Source: a virus (Duplodnaviria; Caudoviricetes). From it: a DNA stretch of 64,000 nt. Location: IMG/VR virus record IMGVR_UViG_3300027333_000001. One strand, 5' to 3'. The position numbers were made by a program, and so were the translations under genes. Shown piece by piece: positions 46,199-54,688 of this stretch (position 1 is its first letter; each line of letters begins with the position of its first letter). The notes beneath the pieces are model-generated. The model was given only the letters and a program-made list of their open reading frames with translations, made no database searches and was not told the DNA's origin.

Positions 46199-46621
46199 AT
46201 GTTTAGAAGAAAAAATAGAGTAGCCTCTCAAAGAGATAAAAGTATTCTTAAAAATTTAACACCAAATGTTGAAAAGGTTACGAAAGCTATTGTTGCAATG
46301 AAACCTCTCAAGACTGAATTGAATCAGATTCAAATGTCGATTCAAATGTCACCAGAAACACAAATGTTAGCCAAAGAAATTCTTAAATTTCAAACAGTTC
46401 TATCTTCAAGTTTCAGTAAATTGGATAACGATGAGGAACTTTATGAGAAATCGATGTTACAAGGTTTTGCATCTGAAATTGAAGATTTAAAGAGTCAATT
46501 GAATAATTTGTTTGTAATCATGCAAGACTTAGAACAATGGAATAAGCGATTTGCATATACTTATGACAGTATTAGAATAAATGCAACGGATACACTAATG
46601 GTACTTACAGAAGAAGATTAA
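46199..46621 (+). CDS. Helical protein with basic RVAS leader
   Basis: ATG 46199 after AAAGGA; MFRRKNRVAS. Confidence 0.6.
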   Translation: MFRRKNRVASQRDKSILKNLTPNVEKVTKAIVAMKPLKTELNQIQMSIQMSPETQMLAKEILKFQTVLSSSFSKLDNDEELYEKSMLQGFASEIEDLKSQLNNLFVIMQDLEQWNKRFAYTYDSIRINATDTLMVLTEED

Positions 46622-46625
46622 TTTC

Positions 46626-46877
46626 CTATTGGTTTGTTTTCTTAAAAAGATCTCTATCTAGTCTTTTAATCATATTGAGTTCTAGTAAGTGGTTTACTAA
46701 ATGGTATTGATAAAATCCAAACCTATGACAAATCTCATTAAGATCATTTAATGTAAAATCATCAGCTGGTAACATATCTTTAATTTCATGTTGCCATGAT
46801 CTTACACGATCTAAAACAGGATCTGTGTGTTTAGGTTTGAGATAGTTCTCATAAAAGAAAATATCATTGTTATTCAT
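46626..46877 (-). CDS. Small hypothetical (possible winged-helix) protein
   Basis: 83 aa; FTLNDL...LLELNMIKR. Confidence 0.45.
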   Translation of the reverse strand: MNNNDIFFYENYLKPKHTDPVLDRVRSWQHEIKDMLPADDFTLNDLNEICHRFGFYQYHLVNHLLELNMIKRLDRDLFKKTNQ

Positions 46878-47218
46878 ACTGTGGTTTCCTTTAGTTCTGC
46901 TAAAGATAGTAAATATGATCTCATTTGATCAATTTGATTAACTTTAAAAGATTGATTTGTAGTTTCAGAAGATGAAACTAAGACACCATTTTGAAGATGC
47001 TTAATTTTATGTTCAATTTCTAAGATCTGTGGTTGCTCTAACCAAAAAATGATGTCTAAAGATTCAGATTTACCTTTATTACAGATGAATTTGCCACCTG
47101 CAATATCAGGATTTACAATTGCACCTTCCATATCATAAAGAATATCTGAAAAGTGTTGATTGATGAATGGTATCAAATGAATGATTAAACCTGTGTTGGT
47201 TGGTGTAATTTTTCTCAT
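46874..47218 (-). CDS. Small hypothetical protein
   Basis: 114 aa; ATGA coupling. Confidence 0.55.
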   Translation of the reverse strand: MRKITPTNTGLIIHLIPFINQHFSDILYDMEGAIVNPDIAGGKFICNKGKSESLDIIFWLEQPQILEIEHKIKHLQNGVLVSSSETTNQSFKVNQIDQMRSYLLSLAELKETTV

Positions 47219-47293
47219 TTGGACTTGCCTTTTTTAAGGATGATGTTTTTGATGATGACTTGATCTAACATAGTCTTTTTTCCTTTTTTGTTT

Positions 47294-47605
47294 TTAAACA
47301 GTTTGTCTGGAGTGAATGAGATTTAGAATGTGAACATAACATTTATTGAAATGTTCTTTTGTATCAATGAAAGAAGGTCTTGGTAAATTACCACCTATGA
47401 GATAAATTTTATCTTGATCTTCCCATACTTCTAATTGAATTTCTGTGAACATATCAAATGCAATATAAATATAACACTTGCCATGTGTACCATAGAAAGC
47501 ACCATGTGCTTTTTCTGCTTGGTAAATGTTTAAGTTTGGATATTGAGTTTTGATTTGATTAATCAAAGCTGTTGTGATTGTTTTTGCTTTATATGATAAA
47601 GACAT
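47294..47605 (-). CDS. Small hypothetical protein
   Basis: 103 aa with AAAGGAAA SD. Confidence 0.55.
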   Translation of the reverse strand: MSLSYKAKTITTALINQIKTQYPNLNIYQAEKAHGAFYGTHGKCYIYIAFDMFTEIQLEVWEDQDKIYLIGGNLPRPSFIDTKEHFNKCYVHILNLIHSRQTV

Positions 47606-47638
47606 TTAGATTTTCCTTTTGTTTAGGTTTTGTTGTTT

Positions 47639-47671
47639 TTAAACACTTGTCATTTAAGTTCCATTGCAAAC
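47639..47671 (-). promoter_or_regulatory. Variant bipartite motif GTTTGCAAT-N15-AGTGTTTAA
   Basis: Degenerate copy overlapping the end of the upstream ORF; precedes ORF 47605. Confidence 0.4.
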
Positions 47672-47949
47672 TCATAAAAAAAAGTTTTAATCTTTTTTGC
47701 TACATCTTCCATTTGACCTTGATGTGTAAGAGATAAAACTTCTTTATATGTAATCTCATCTGCTTGGTTTCCATAGTTATAATACTCTTCACTAATTCTC
47801 ACTAGATTTTCTCTAATAGAAATAGAAAAGAACATATTTCTATTATGGATAACACCATAAGCTACAAAATCATTCTTTAATGCAATAGTCAAGTTGAGAT
47901 TATTTGCAGACAATTCTTTATTAAGATTATTAATCATGCGATTTAACAT
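47650..47949 (-). CDS. Small hypothetical protein
   Basis: Start moved to ATG 47949 on SD spacing. Confidence 0.55.
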   Translation of the reverse strand: MLNRMINNLNKELSANNLNLTIALKNDFVAYGVIHNRNMFFSISIRENLVRISEEYYNYGNQADEITYKEVLSLTHQGQMEDVAKKIKTFFYEFAMELK

Positions 47950-47979
47950 AATCATTTTCCTTTTTGTTAAGTTCAATAT

Positions 47980-48011
47980 ATAAACACTTATGCTTAAAGA
48001 AAATTGCAAGT
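47980..48011 (-). promoter_or_regulatory. Bipartite motif copy ACTTGCAAT-N14-AGTGTTTAT
   Basis: Exact consensus. Confidence 0.65.
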
Positions 48012-48033
48012 TCAGAAAAAAAGGTTTTGATAG

Positions 48034-48336
48034 ATGACAATAAAGACAGGTGATATTCTCTTTGCTAGAAGTGATACTTATGATGGCAATACAAATAATC
48101 ACTTTTATGAAGTGATTGAGATCATAGGTAAAGCTATTTTAATAGTAGAGATGATAGGTGCATCTAATGTGCATATATATGAAAATAAGAAAGCTGGTAC
48201 AGAAATAGCAAATCCTGCATTTAGAACAGGATTTAAAAGTAGAATTAGATGGTATGGCAAGAGTGCAAAGATAGATGGTGTTTCTGCTGTCTTATGGGAT
48301 AAGACACCTCTTTATTATAGTTTCTATGATTGGTAA
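48034..48336 (+). CDS. Small hypothetical protein (distant paralog of 42382-42732)
   Basis: GDILF...NHFYEVIEIIG...WDKTPL. Confidence 0.55.
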   Translation: MTIKTGDILFARSDTYDGNTNNHFYEVIEIIGKAILIVEMIGASNVHIYENKKAGTEIANPAFRTGFKSRIRWYGKSAKIDGVSAVLWDKTPLYYSFYDW

Positions 48337-48342
48337 GAAAAT

Positions 48343-48918
48343 TTAATATCCAAGTTGGATTAATCTCTGATACCATTTAAGAAGTTCTTTGATTTCTTTA
48401 TATACTTCAACGAACTCATTATACTTATATCCTAATGGAGCATAATATTTTCTTAAAGCAGGTTCAACAAAAAAAGTTTGCTGAAGTTTTTCAAATTTAG
48501 GAAAACAATCTTCCATCTCTGTTATTCTTTCTTTAAGTTTTTTTACATCCGTGTCAAGACCATCATGATCGGCAATTCTACGAAAATATGATTTCTTAAG
48601 GAAACGATCTGGATCAGCATGATCAACAATTAAAGTTTGAAATAAAACCATTTTCTTCCACATCATCTTATGAAATCTTGCCATTTCAGATTCTAGATCT
48701 CTATTTTTTTTGACGATAGAATTTAATTTATCAAGCATAATCATTCTTTTATCTTCAGGAATTTGAGAATAAGCGAAAATGAAATCGCTTTCTGTCATTT
48801 TTCTAAGTAGAGTATCTAAAGTCCATTGATTATGCTTGGCTGTGTTAGCTATGGCATCGAGATGAGAAGTGACCCAATTATAACCATTAGGATCAATATT
48901 AGTAAGATCAGGTTTCAT
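48343..48918 (-). CDS. Hypothetical protein, WYxRLIxLGY paralog family
   Basis: MKPDLTNIDP...FLKKSYFRRIADH...WYQRLIQLGY. Confidence 0.65.
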   Translation of the reverse strand: MKPDLTNIDPNGYNWVTSHLDAIANTAKHNQWTLDTLLRKMTESDFIFAYSQIPEDKRMIMLDKLNSIVKKNRDLESEMARFHKMMWKKMVLFQTLIVDHADPDRFLKKSYFRRIADHDGLDTDVKKLKERITEMEDCFPKFEKLQQTFFVEPALRKYYAPLGYKYNEFVEVYKEIKELLKWYQRLIQLGY

Positions 48919-49032
48919 TTGCATATCCTTTTTTGTCTTTCTAAAAAAGGATATATATAAATCAAATATTAATACTTATTTGATATAAATTTGGTTTGTA
49001 GAAATTTCAAACAAAAAAAGGATGGTCGAAAA

Positions 49033-49572
49033 ATGATTAGTTCTAAGATCGCTTCACTTGAAGCAAGAATCGCTAGATTAGAATCTAGTTTAAAAAATAA
49101 GACAGCTTCATCTTCTGAATGGGAAGATCCAAATTATTTAATTATGCACATTCAAGAATTTGCAAGTGATCATGTTTCACCTGCTTGGATGAAAAAATGG
49201 TGGACAAAAGAAGTGCCTGCATCTATGAAAAATAATTTTTCTGTCGCAGTAGAGATGATGAAAACATATCCAAGTATGTTGCAATACTTTAGTGAAAGTA
49301 TCCAAAACAATGTCAAATTAGGAAAATGGATGACTTCATCTGTTTATGGAAAACCTGCTAATTTTAAATATCTTGGTGAAGAATTAAAAAATGATTATGG
49401 TTTTGTTCTTTATCTTTTAAAAAGACTTCCTAGAAAAGACCACGATAAGATTCTTTCTTTTGCAGGAAATGGTTTAAAGGCAGAAATGGCTCGTATCGAA
49501 AACCTACCTTATCGCCAACAAGAAGAAGAAAAAGAAAATGCTCTTAATAGAATTCAGGCATTATTAAGATAA
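49033..49572 (+). CDS. Protein with shared ASLEARIARLESSLKNKTAS leader
   Basis: ATG 49033 after AAAGGA; leader shared with 49975. Confidence 0.65.
   Translation: MISSKIASLEARIARLESSLKNKTASSSEWEDPNYLIMHIQEFASDHVSPAWMKKWWTKEVPASMKNNFSVAVEMMKTYPSMLQYFSESIQNNVKLGKWMTSSVYGKPANFKYLGEELKNDYGFVLYLLKRLPRKDHDKILSFAGNGLKAEMARIENLPYRQQEEEKENALNRIQALLR
49072..49106 (+). repeat. 35-nt exact repeat (copy 1) within the shared leader
   Basis: GCTAGATTAGAATCTAGTTTAAAAAATAAGACAGC, identical at 50014-50048. Confidence 0.9.
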
Positions 49573-49901
49573 GATTTAATCCATTCATGTTCTGTACCTA
49601 GACCACAACAATATTTACTATCTTCTAAAGTCCATTGAGTTCTAGATTTGCCTCTTTTAGATTTAAGTGCTTTCTCAGCTTTCATAGCAATAGAACGATT
49701 TGGATAAGTACCATATAATGCTTTAGGTACCCATGGTCTATATTTAGATGTGTATTTAGCACCACCTTGTATTTCACCATTATGCTGTCTTAATCTTCTT
49801 TGATAATCAGTAGTGCAACCTACATAATAAAAGCCTTCAAGTTCTTTACCTGTCTTGCTATATCTTTTTTGTTGGGATTGGATAACATAAACATACCACA
49901 T
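49554..49901 (-). CDS. Small GIY-YIG nuclease (SLX1/UPF0213-like)
   Basis: WYVYV, YYVGCTTDYQRRLRQHNGEIQGGAKYT..RPW, AMKAEKALK. Confidence 0.85.
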   Translation of the reverse strand: MWYVYVIQSQQKRYSKTGKELEGFYYVGCTTDYQRRLRQHNGEIQGGAKYTSKYRPWVPKALYGTYPNRSIAMKAEKALKSKRGKSRTQWTLEDSKYCCGLGTEHEWIKSYLNNA

Positions 49902-49974
49902 TTTTTAATGCTCCTTTCAATAGTGTTTTTATATCTTATCTTTTTATATAACATTTTCTTAAAGGATAAACATA

Positions 49975-50421
49975 ATGTTTAATTCTAAATTAGCTTCTCT
50001 TGAAGCTCGTATTGCTAGATTAGAATCTAGTTTAAAAAATAAGACAGCCACAGGTTGGAGTCCACAATCGGGTGCACCTGCTACTGCCAAAGATATTTTA
50101 TCTTTGATGAGTAAATTGTTTGATCAACAATATTCTTCTCAACCTGAAAATGTAAAGTATCTTTCTAAGACAGTAGCTACAGGTACATATTCAGTAGATT
50201 TTTCAGGTGAAAAAGAACCTGATGCTGGTAATTTTATGGATATTGACTTTAAGTTAGAAATTGAAGAACCATTTGCACAGTTAACTTTCTTTGTAGGTGG
50301 TAGTCGTGTAAGCACGATGGACATTCCTTTACTCAGCACTAAAGCAATTATTCATGAATTGTATTATGTAGATGGGAAATTAAGAAAGATTTATGAAAAA
50401 TGGATGTATGGTGATTATTAA
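49975..50421 (+). CDS. Protein with shared ASLEARIARLESSLKNKTA leader
   Basis: Leader as in 49033; the body is unrelated. Confidence 0.65.
   Translation: MFNSKLASLEARIARLESSLKNKTATGWSPQSGAPATAKDILSLMSKLFDQQYSSQPENVKYLSKTVATGTYSVDFSGEKEPDAGNFMDIDFKLEIEEPFAQLTFFVGGSRVSTMDIPLLSTKAIIHELYYVDGKLRKIYEKWMYGDY
50014..50048 (+). repeat. 35-nt exact repeat (copy 2) within the shared leader
   Basis: Identical to 49072-49106. Confidence 0.9.
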
Positions 50422-50446
50422 ACCAATTTAAAAATAAGGATTAGTT

Positions 50447-50887
50447 ATGTTAAGACAAAGACTTTCAAAAGTACAAAATAAAATGTCTGCGAAATGGCAA
50501 CCTGCAGGTATCGAAATACTTATTGACCTTTTTGGTGATATTCATTGGGTGCCTAAAGATGATGTGTTTTTCTCTATTACAAGAGATCCTGTTGTAATTA
50601 GAGATAATGCAGGTAAACAACGAACAATAGAAGATAAAGGAACACTCTCTGTTGTAACATGGAGGAAAGGTGTTTTTAATACTGTCAAAAGTTTCCCTTA
50701 TCATATGAAAGAAGTTAATCCACTTACAAAGACACCTGATATGATTGAATTTACTATTTTTGCAGATACAGGCAAAAAGACTATGACTTTTCAATCAAAA
50801 CATTTATCTCATTTAGGTTTTGGAGGAACTTTATTTGAAAAGATCAGAAATTTCATCGATGAAATTTATGAATATAAAAGTTTATAA
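50447..50887 (+). CDS. Hypothetical protein with basic leader
   Basis: MLRQRLSKVQNKMSA; AAGGA SD. Confidence 0.55.
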   Translation: MLRQRLSKVQNKMSAKWQPAGIEILIDLFGDIHWVPKDDVFFSITRDPVVIRDNAGKQRTIEDKGTLSVVTWRKGVFNTVKSFPYHMKEVNPLTKTPDMIEFTIFADTGKKTMTFQSKHLSHLGFGGTLFEKIRNFIDEIYEYKSL

Positions 50888-51262
50888 TTGTATCATTGCT
50901 CTAATTTAGATTTAGATGTTCTTATTCCACAAGTACATTATCTTATAGATAAACCTGTTGTCTTTGCATCTACACATAAAGAATTTGCTTTAACTTTTAT
51001 TAATAAATGGACAGATGCAGATTTTGATTTAAGTCGCTTTAATGATGATCCATTTACCTTTACTGAAAAACAGACAGGCAATTTGGATAATTTCTTTAAA
51101 GGTAAAACAGGATGGCTATATGTTTTAGATCCTAAAACATTTATTAAATTTAAAGACACGGAATATATAAGCTATGTTGAGCCTGTGATATTAGAAAAGA
51201 TAAAGATAGCAGATGCTTTAAGAGAACTAGAACAGTCAAAGATAATTTTATTAAAAATGTAA
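50888..51262 (+). CDS. Hypothetical protein, possible H-Y-E type ADP-ribosyltransferase fold
   Basis: (L)YHCS...VFAS...GWLYVL...EYIS pattern; inference only. Confidence 0.4.
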   Translation: MYHCSNLDLDVLIPQVHYLIDKPVVFASTHKEFALTFINKWTDADFDLSRFNDDPFTFTEKQTGNLDNFFKGKTGWLYVLDPKTFIKFKDTEYISYVEPVILEKIKIADALRELEQSKIILLKM

Positions 51263-51320
51263 AAAGAGAAAAAGAAGATATAAGTGAAACTGCATTACTC
51301 TCATAAAGGAAAAAGAAAAA

Positions 51321-51899
51321 ATGCAGACACTACAATTCAAAGTAAAAAAAGATCGAGTATCTTTAGATGTCACAGGCAGTGTTTTAACACTTGGCTTTAA
51401 ATGTGGAAACTTTGCCATCACTATAAATAGACAAGGTAGTCTTGATATTATCAATAATCAAATTTGCTTGTCTTATGATGATCAAACATTATCATTTGAA
51501 GGATTAGGTGTAGAAAATGTATCTCTTACACCTAATGTTATTTCAACAGTAAAAGAACCTGTGATTAAGACAGTTAAGACAGTACCTAAGCCAAATCATT
51601 TAAGATATGCTTTTTCACCAGATAGATTACATCCATTGACAGCGAATGTATTAAAGGCTTGTTCTTTAGAACCTTTATCAAGAGATCAAATCTTTCAAAA
51701 GATTTTGGATCAAAATACCTATGCACAATTCATCTATATGGATAAGTATCGTAGAAGTTATGACTATTATAGACCTTTACTTTGGACACTAGAAAAAGTA
51801 GGTTTATTGTCTTGCAATTTTGAAGGTGGTCGTCAAGTACGAAACCATAAGTTTTCTACTACTAAAAAAGGCAAAGAATTTTTATCTTCTAATTTTTAA
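51321..51899 (+). CDS. Protein with C-terminal winged-helix domain
   Basis: LWTLEKVGLL...FSTTKKGKEFL wing pattern. Confidence 0.5.
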   Translation: MQTLQFKVKKDRVSLDVTGSVLTLGFKCGNFAITINRQGSLDIINNQICLSYDDQTLSFEGLGVENVSLTPNVISTVKEPVIKTVKTVPKPNHLRYAFSPDRLHPLTANVLKACSLEPLSRDQIFQKILDQNTYAQFIYMDKYRRSYDYYRPLLWTLEKVGLLSCNFEGGRQVRNHKFSTTKKGKEFLSSNF

Positions 51900-51965
51900 A
51901 TGAACCTAAACTCTAAGTGTTTTTGATTCACCTAAAAAACCTTCACTATAAAGGATATTTTCTTT

Positions 51966-52286
51966 ATGTTTACTATGGACAATTTTATAAATGGCTTTGG
52001 TTCTTTCTCTGCACATTGTGCTATCACTGATGTAGTAACCTATGGTGGAAACCATGAATATAGATGGGATTATGGTGTAACTGAATGGAATATTACAGCA
52101 AATCTATTCTACAGAGATTTAATATTAGATTTAGAATGCACTAACAACAGAATCAGGATTACAAATATCAATACACAATTGTTTTTATCTTTTGGGGAAA
52201 ATCAAAACCTTGAAAGTTTTCTTAACAGGATTGAAAAAGAACTTGAGCATAAATATCAAGAATACAAATATGGTTCTTTGATTTAA
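51966..52286 (+). CDS. Small hypothetical protein
   Basis: 106 aa with AAAGGA SD. Confidence 0.55.
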   Translation: MFTMDNFINGFGSFSAHCAITDVVTYGGNHEYRWDYGVTEWNITANLFYRDLILDLECTNNRIRITNINTQLFLSFGENQNLESFLNRIEKELEHKYQEYKYGSLI

Positions 52287-52289
52287 TTT

Positions 52290-52727
52290 ATGGATGCTTA
52301 TACTATCTTAATGCTAATGGTAGCATTACTTTTCCCACAAGATACTTTTTTTCATCCTGTTAGACATTGTGGTTTATATGCTTTAGCTGAAGCGATTAGC
52401 TTAGAAAAAGATAAAGAAATCCAAATTGTTTTAATAGCTGGAGCTTTGGCTGAAACAGACTTTGGTACTGATTTTTTAAAGTATCAAAATAGTAGTTTCT
52501 ATGTGCCTAACTCAAAAACAAAATTTTGTGGTGTTTATAATCATCTGTGGAGGATTAAAGAAAAGTGTAATAATGAAGATTATGCTTTACACACAAAATG
52601 GTTGGCGAGAAGCATTGATAAATATGGTCTAGCTAAAAGATATATGTCTTACATACAGAAAGTAAAAGAAACAATAAGAAAAACTGCAAAGAAAAGTTTT
52701 TATAAAGAATATAAAAAATGTGATTGA
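52290..52727 (+). CDS. Membrane-anchored or secreted hypothetical protein
   Basis: Hydrophobic N-terminus; ALAETDFG faintly resembles a transglycosylase motif. Confidence 0.45.
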   Translation: MDAYTILMLMVALLFPQDTFFHPVRHCGLYALAEAISLEKDKEIQIVLIAGALAETDFGTDFLKYQNSSFYVPNSKTKFCGVYNHLWRIKEKCNNEDYALHTKWLARSIDKYGLAKRYMSYIQKVKETIRKTAKKSFYKEYKKCD

Positions 52728-52759
52728 ACTTGCAATAAACTTAAATCCCAAGTGTTATA
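52728..52759 (+). promoter_or_regulatory. Bipartite motif copy ACTTGCAAT-N14-AGTGTTATA
   Basis: Second box is one T shorter; precedes ORF 52825. Confidence 0.55.
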
Positions 52760-52824
52760 GCTTATGTAGTTGATTGATCTAAAAAACAATCTTTCTTTTT
52801 TCCCTTTATAAAGGACTTCTGATT

Positions 52825-53193
52825 ATGAATGCTGTTCATATCCTCAATGTTATCTCTAGTATTGTTCCATCACTTTGTGTTTTCGCACAAACAGCACCTA
52901 TTATGGTAGATAATGTATATTTACCATATGTAGATGATGAAAGATACTTAAATGCAACTATCGATTATCCATATGGTTCATCTGTGTATCACTTCCAATT
53001 AAGTCTTTATGTTGATAGTGAAATTATTAACATTGAACTTGATATGAATCATTCATGGATTAATGGAAAGATACTTGATCAAAATTTTTCACATAGTGAA
53101 AACTATGTAGATGTGATTAAGACAGTGATTGAAAAGAAAATCGATGATGAGATTAAAATCGAATGTGAAAAAGAATGGTCTTATGAAGATTAA
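52825..53193 (+). CDS. Small hypothetical protein
   Basis: 122 aa with AAAGGA SD. Confidence 0.55.
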   Translation: MNAVHILNVISSIVPSLCVFAQTAPIMVDNVYLPYVDDERYLNATIDYPYGSSVYHFQLSLYVDSEIINIELDMNHSWINGKILDQNFSHSENYVDVIKTVIEKKIDDEIKIECEKEWSYED

Positions 53194-53228
53194 TAAACCT
53201 AAACCTAACAAATAAGGAAAAACAAAAA

Positions 53229-53561
53229 ATGACAAACTTAATAAATTGCACACCACATGATGTAAAGATTATTGTAAATGATCAAGAAATCACTTTAAAA
53301 CCATCAGGTACTTTACCAAGAGTACTACAAGATAAAGTAGCAGGTATTTCACTATCTTTTGGTGGTTTATCCATACCTACTGTTAATACAAAAATAGGTG
53401 GCATTATAGGTTTACCTGATGCAGTAGAAAACACTTATTTAATTGTATCTGTGTTTGTCTTAGAAGAAGGTAAAAAGGCAGGTAGAACTGATCTACTTGC
53501 ACCTGATACCTTAAGAGATAGTCAAGGCAATATTATAGGCTGTAAAGGTTTCTTATTTTAA
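53229..53561 (+). CDS. Conserved phage hypothetical protein (INxTPH...RD..GNIIGC family)
   Basis: Motif pattern recalled from widespread phage hypotheticals. Confidence 0.6.
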   Translation: MTNLINCTPHDVKIIVNDQEITLKPSGTLPRVLQDKVAGISLSFGGLSIPTVNTKIGGIIGLPDAVENTYLIVSVFVLEEGKKAGRTDLLAPDTLRDSQGNIIGCKGFLF

Positions 53562-53830
53562 AGTGCTTTCTTAAGCATGGATTCAGCTTGATCTAAAAGC
53601 ATAGATGCCTTTTCCATAAGATCATGTGCTTGACTAACAAATTTATTAGATGTCAATGGTTCAGCATATAGATCACCTAAAGCATCAGGTGATGTCATAA
53701 TCAGATGATTATCTTCAAGAATTTGTTGGATTTTTTGAAAATCTTGAATAGTGGCTTTAATTTCTTGAATTGCCATTGGTGAGAGTTCATTTGACATAGG
53801 ATTAAATAAAGAACTTCTTCTTCTTAACAT
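53558..53830 (-). CDS. Small helical protein with basic RRRSS leader
   Basis: MLRRRSS; helical body. Confidence 0.55.
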   Translation of the reverse strand: MLRRRSSLFNPMSNELSPMAIQEIKATIQDFQKIQQILEDNHLIMTSPDALGDLYAEPLTSNKFVSQAHDLMEKASMLLDQAESMLKKAL

Positions 53831-53938
53831 GATGAGATACCTTTTTTTGATAGTTTAAGTTTCTATTAAGATATAATTATAAAATGATTATTATAAGATA
53901 AGTATCTCTATTATGAATAGACAGGCAGGTATCAAAAA

Positions 53939-54688
53939 ATGGAAGAGTTTATATGCAGTATCTGTGGTGAAAAACCACAAACAGAAGAAATCGCAATGAA
54001 ATGGAATCAAGACCTAAAAAAAGGTTGGTGTTTATGTACAGGATGTAGAGATAAATATCGTGGTGAAAAAACACATAAAAACAAAATAGAGAAAGATAGC
54101 TATAACTATTTCACTACTACCATAAGACAATTGCTGGTTAGACACGGATTTAGTTTAAGTGAAAGAACAGTAGGTAGTTTGAAATTAGAGAATTATGTAA
54201 AATGGAATTTGCGAGCAACAGCACCAAATGAGTATTTTATTAAAATCAATTTAGATATGGAAAAAAGAGATGTGAAAGACTACATCTATTTTTGGACAAT
54301 GAAAACTTATGATCCTGAAGGCAATTATGTTAAGCAGGCTGAATGTGATAAACCTAATGTGCCAATGGTCAAGGATTTCTTAAATGACTTTTTAAAGCAT
54401 ATAGGCAGTAATCCATATCAGTATTTCAGATCTACTTTAAAATCTGTATTGTCTAAACACAGGTTAGTAATCTTAGAGTCCTCCGAAACAGATGATTTAT
54501 CTACATATAAAGGAATGTTTACGAATAACCAATACAGGTGGGAAGCACAGGTAGAGAAAGATTTTAAATGGAATGTAAAACTTATTGCCTTAAAAGGTAA
54601 AGCATTAGTAGTAGAAGAACATGATGGTGGAACTTTTGCCATATCACCATTGAAAGAGTTTTTTAATAAAATAGCTAGGAAATATTAA
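53939..54688 (+). CDS. Hypothetical protein with N-terminal zinc-binding Cys cluster
   Basis: CSIC...CLCTGC. Confidence 0.55.
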   Translation: MEEFICSICGEKPQTEEIAMKWNQDLKKGWCLCTGCRDKYRGEKTHKNKIEKDSYNYFTTTIRQLLVRHGFSLSERTVGSLKLENYVKWNLRATAPNEYFIKINLDMEKRDVKDYIYFWTMKTYDPEGNYVKQAECDKPNVPMVKDFLNDFLKHIGSNPYQYFRSTLKSVLSKHRLVILESSETDDLSTYKGMFTNNQYRWEAQVEKDFKWNVKLIALKGKALVVEEHDGGTFAISPLKEFFNKIARKY

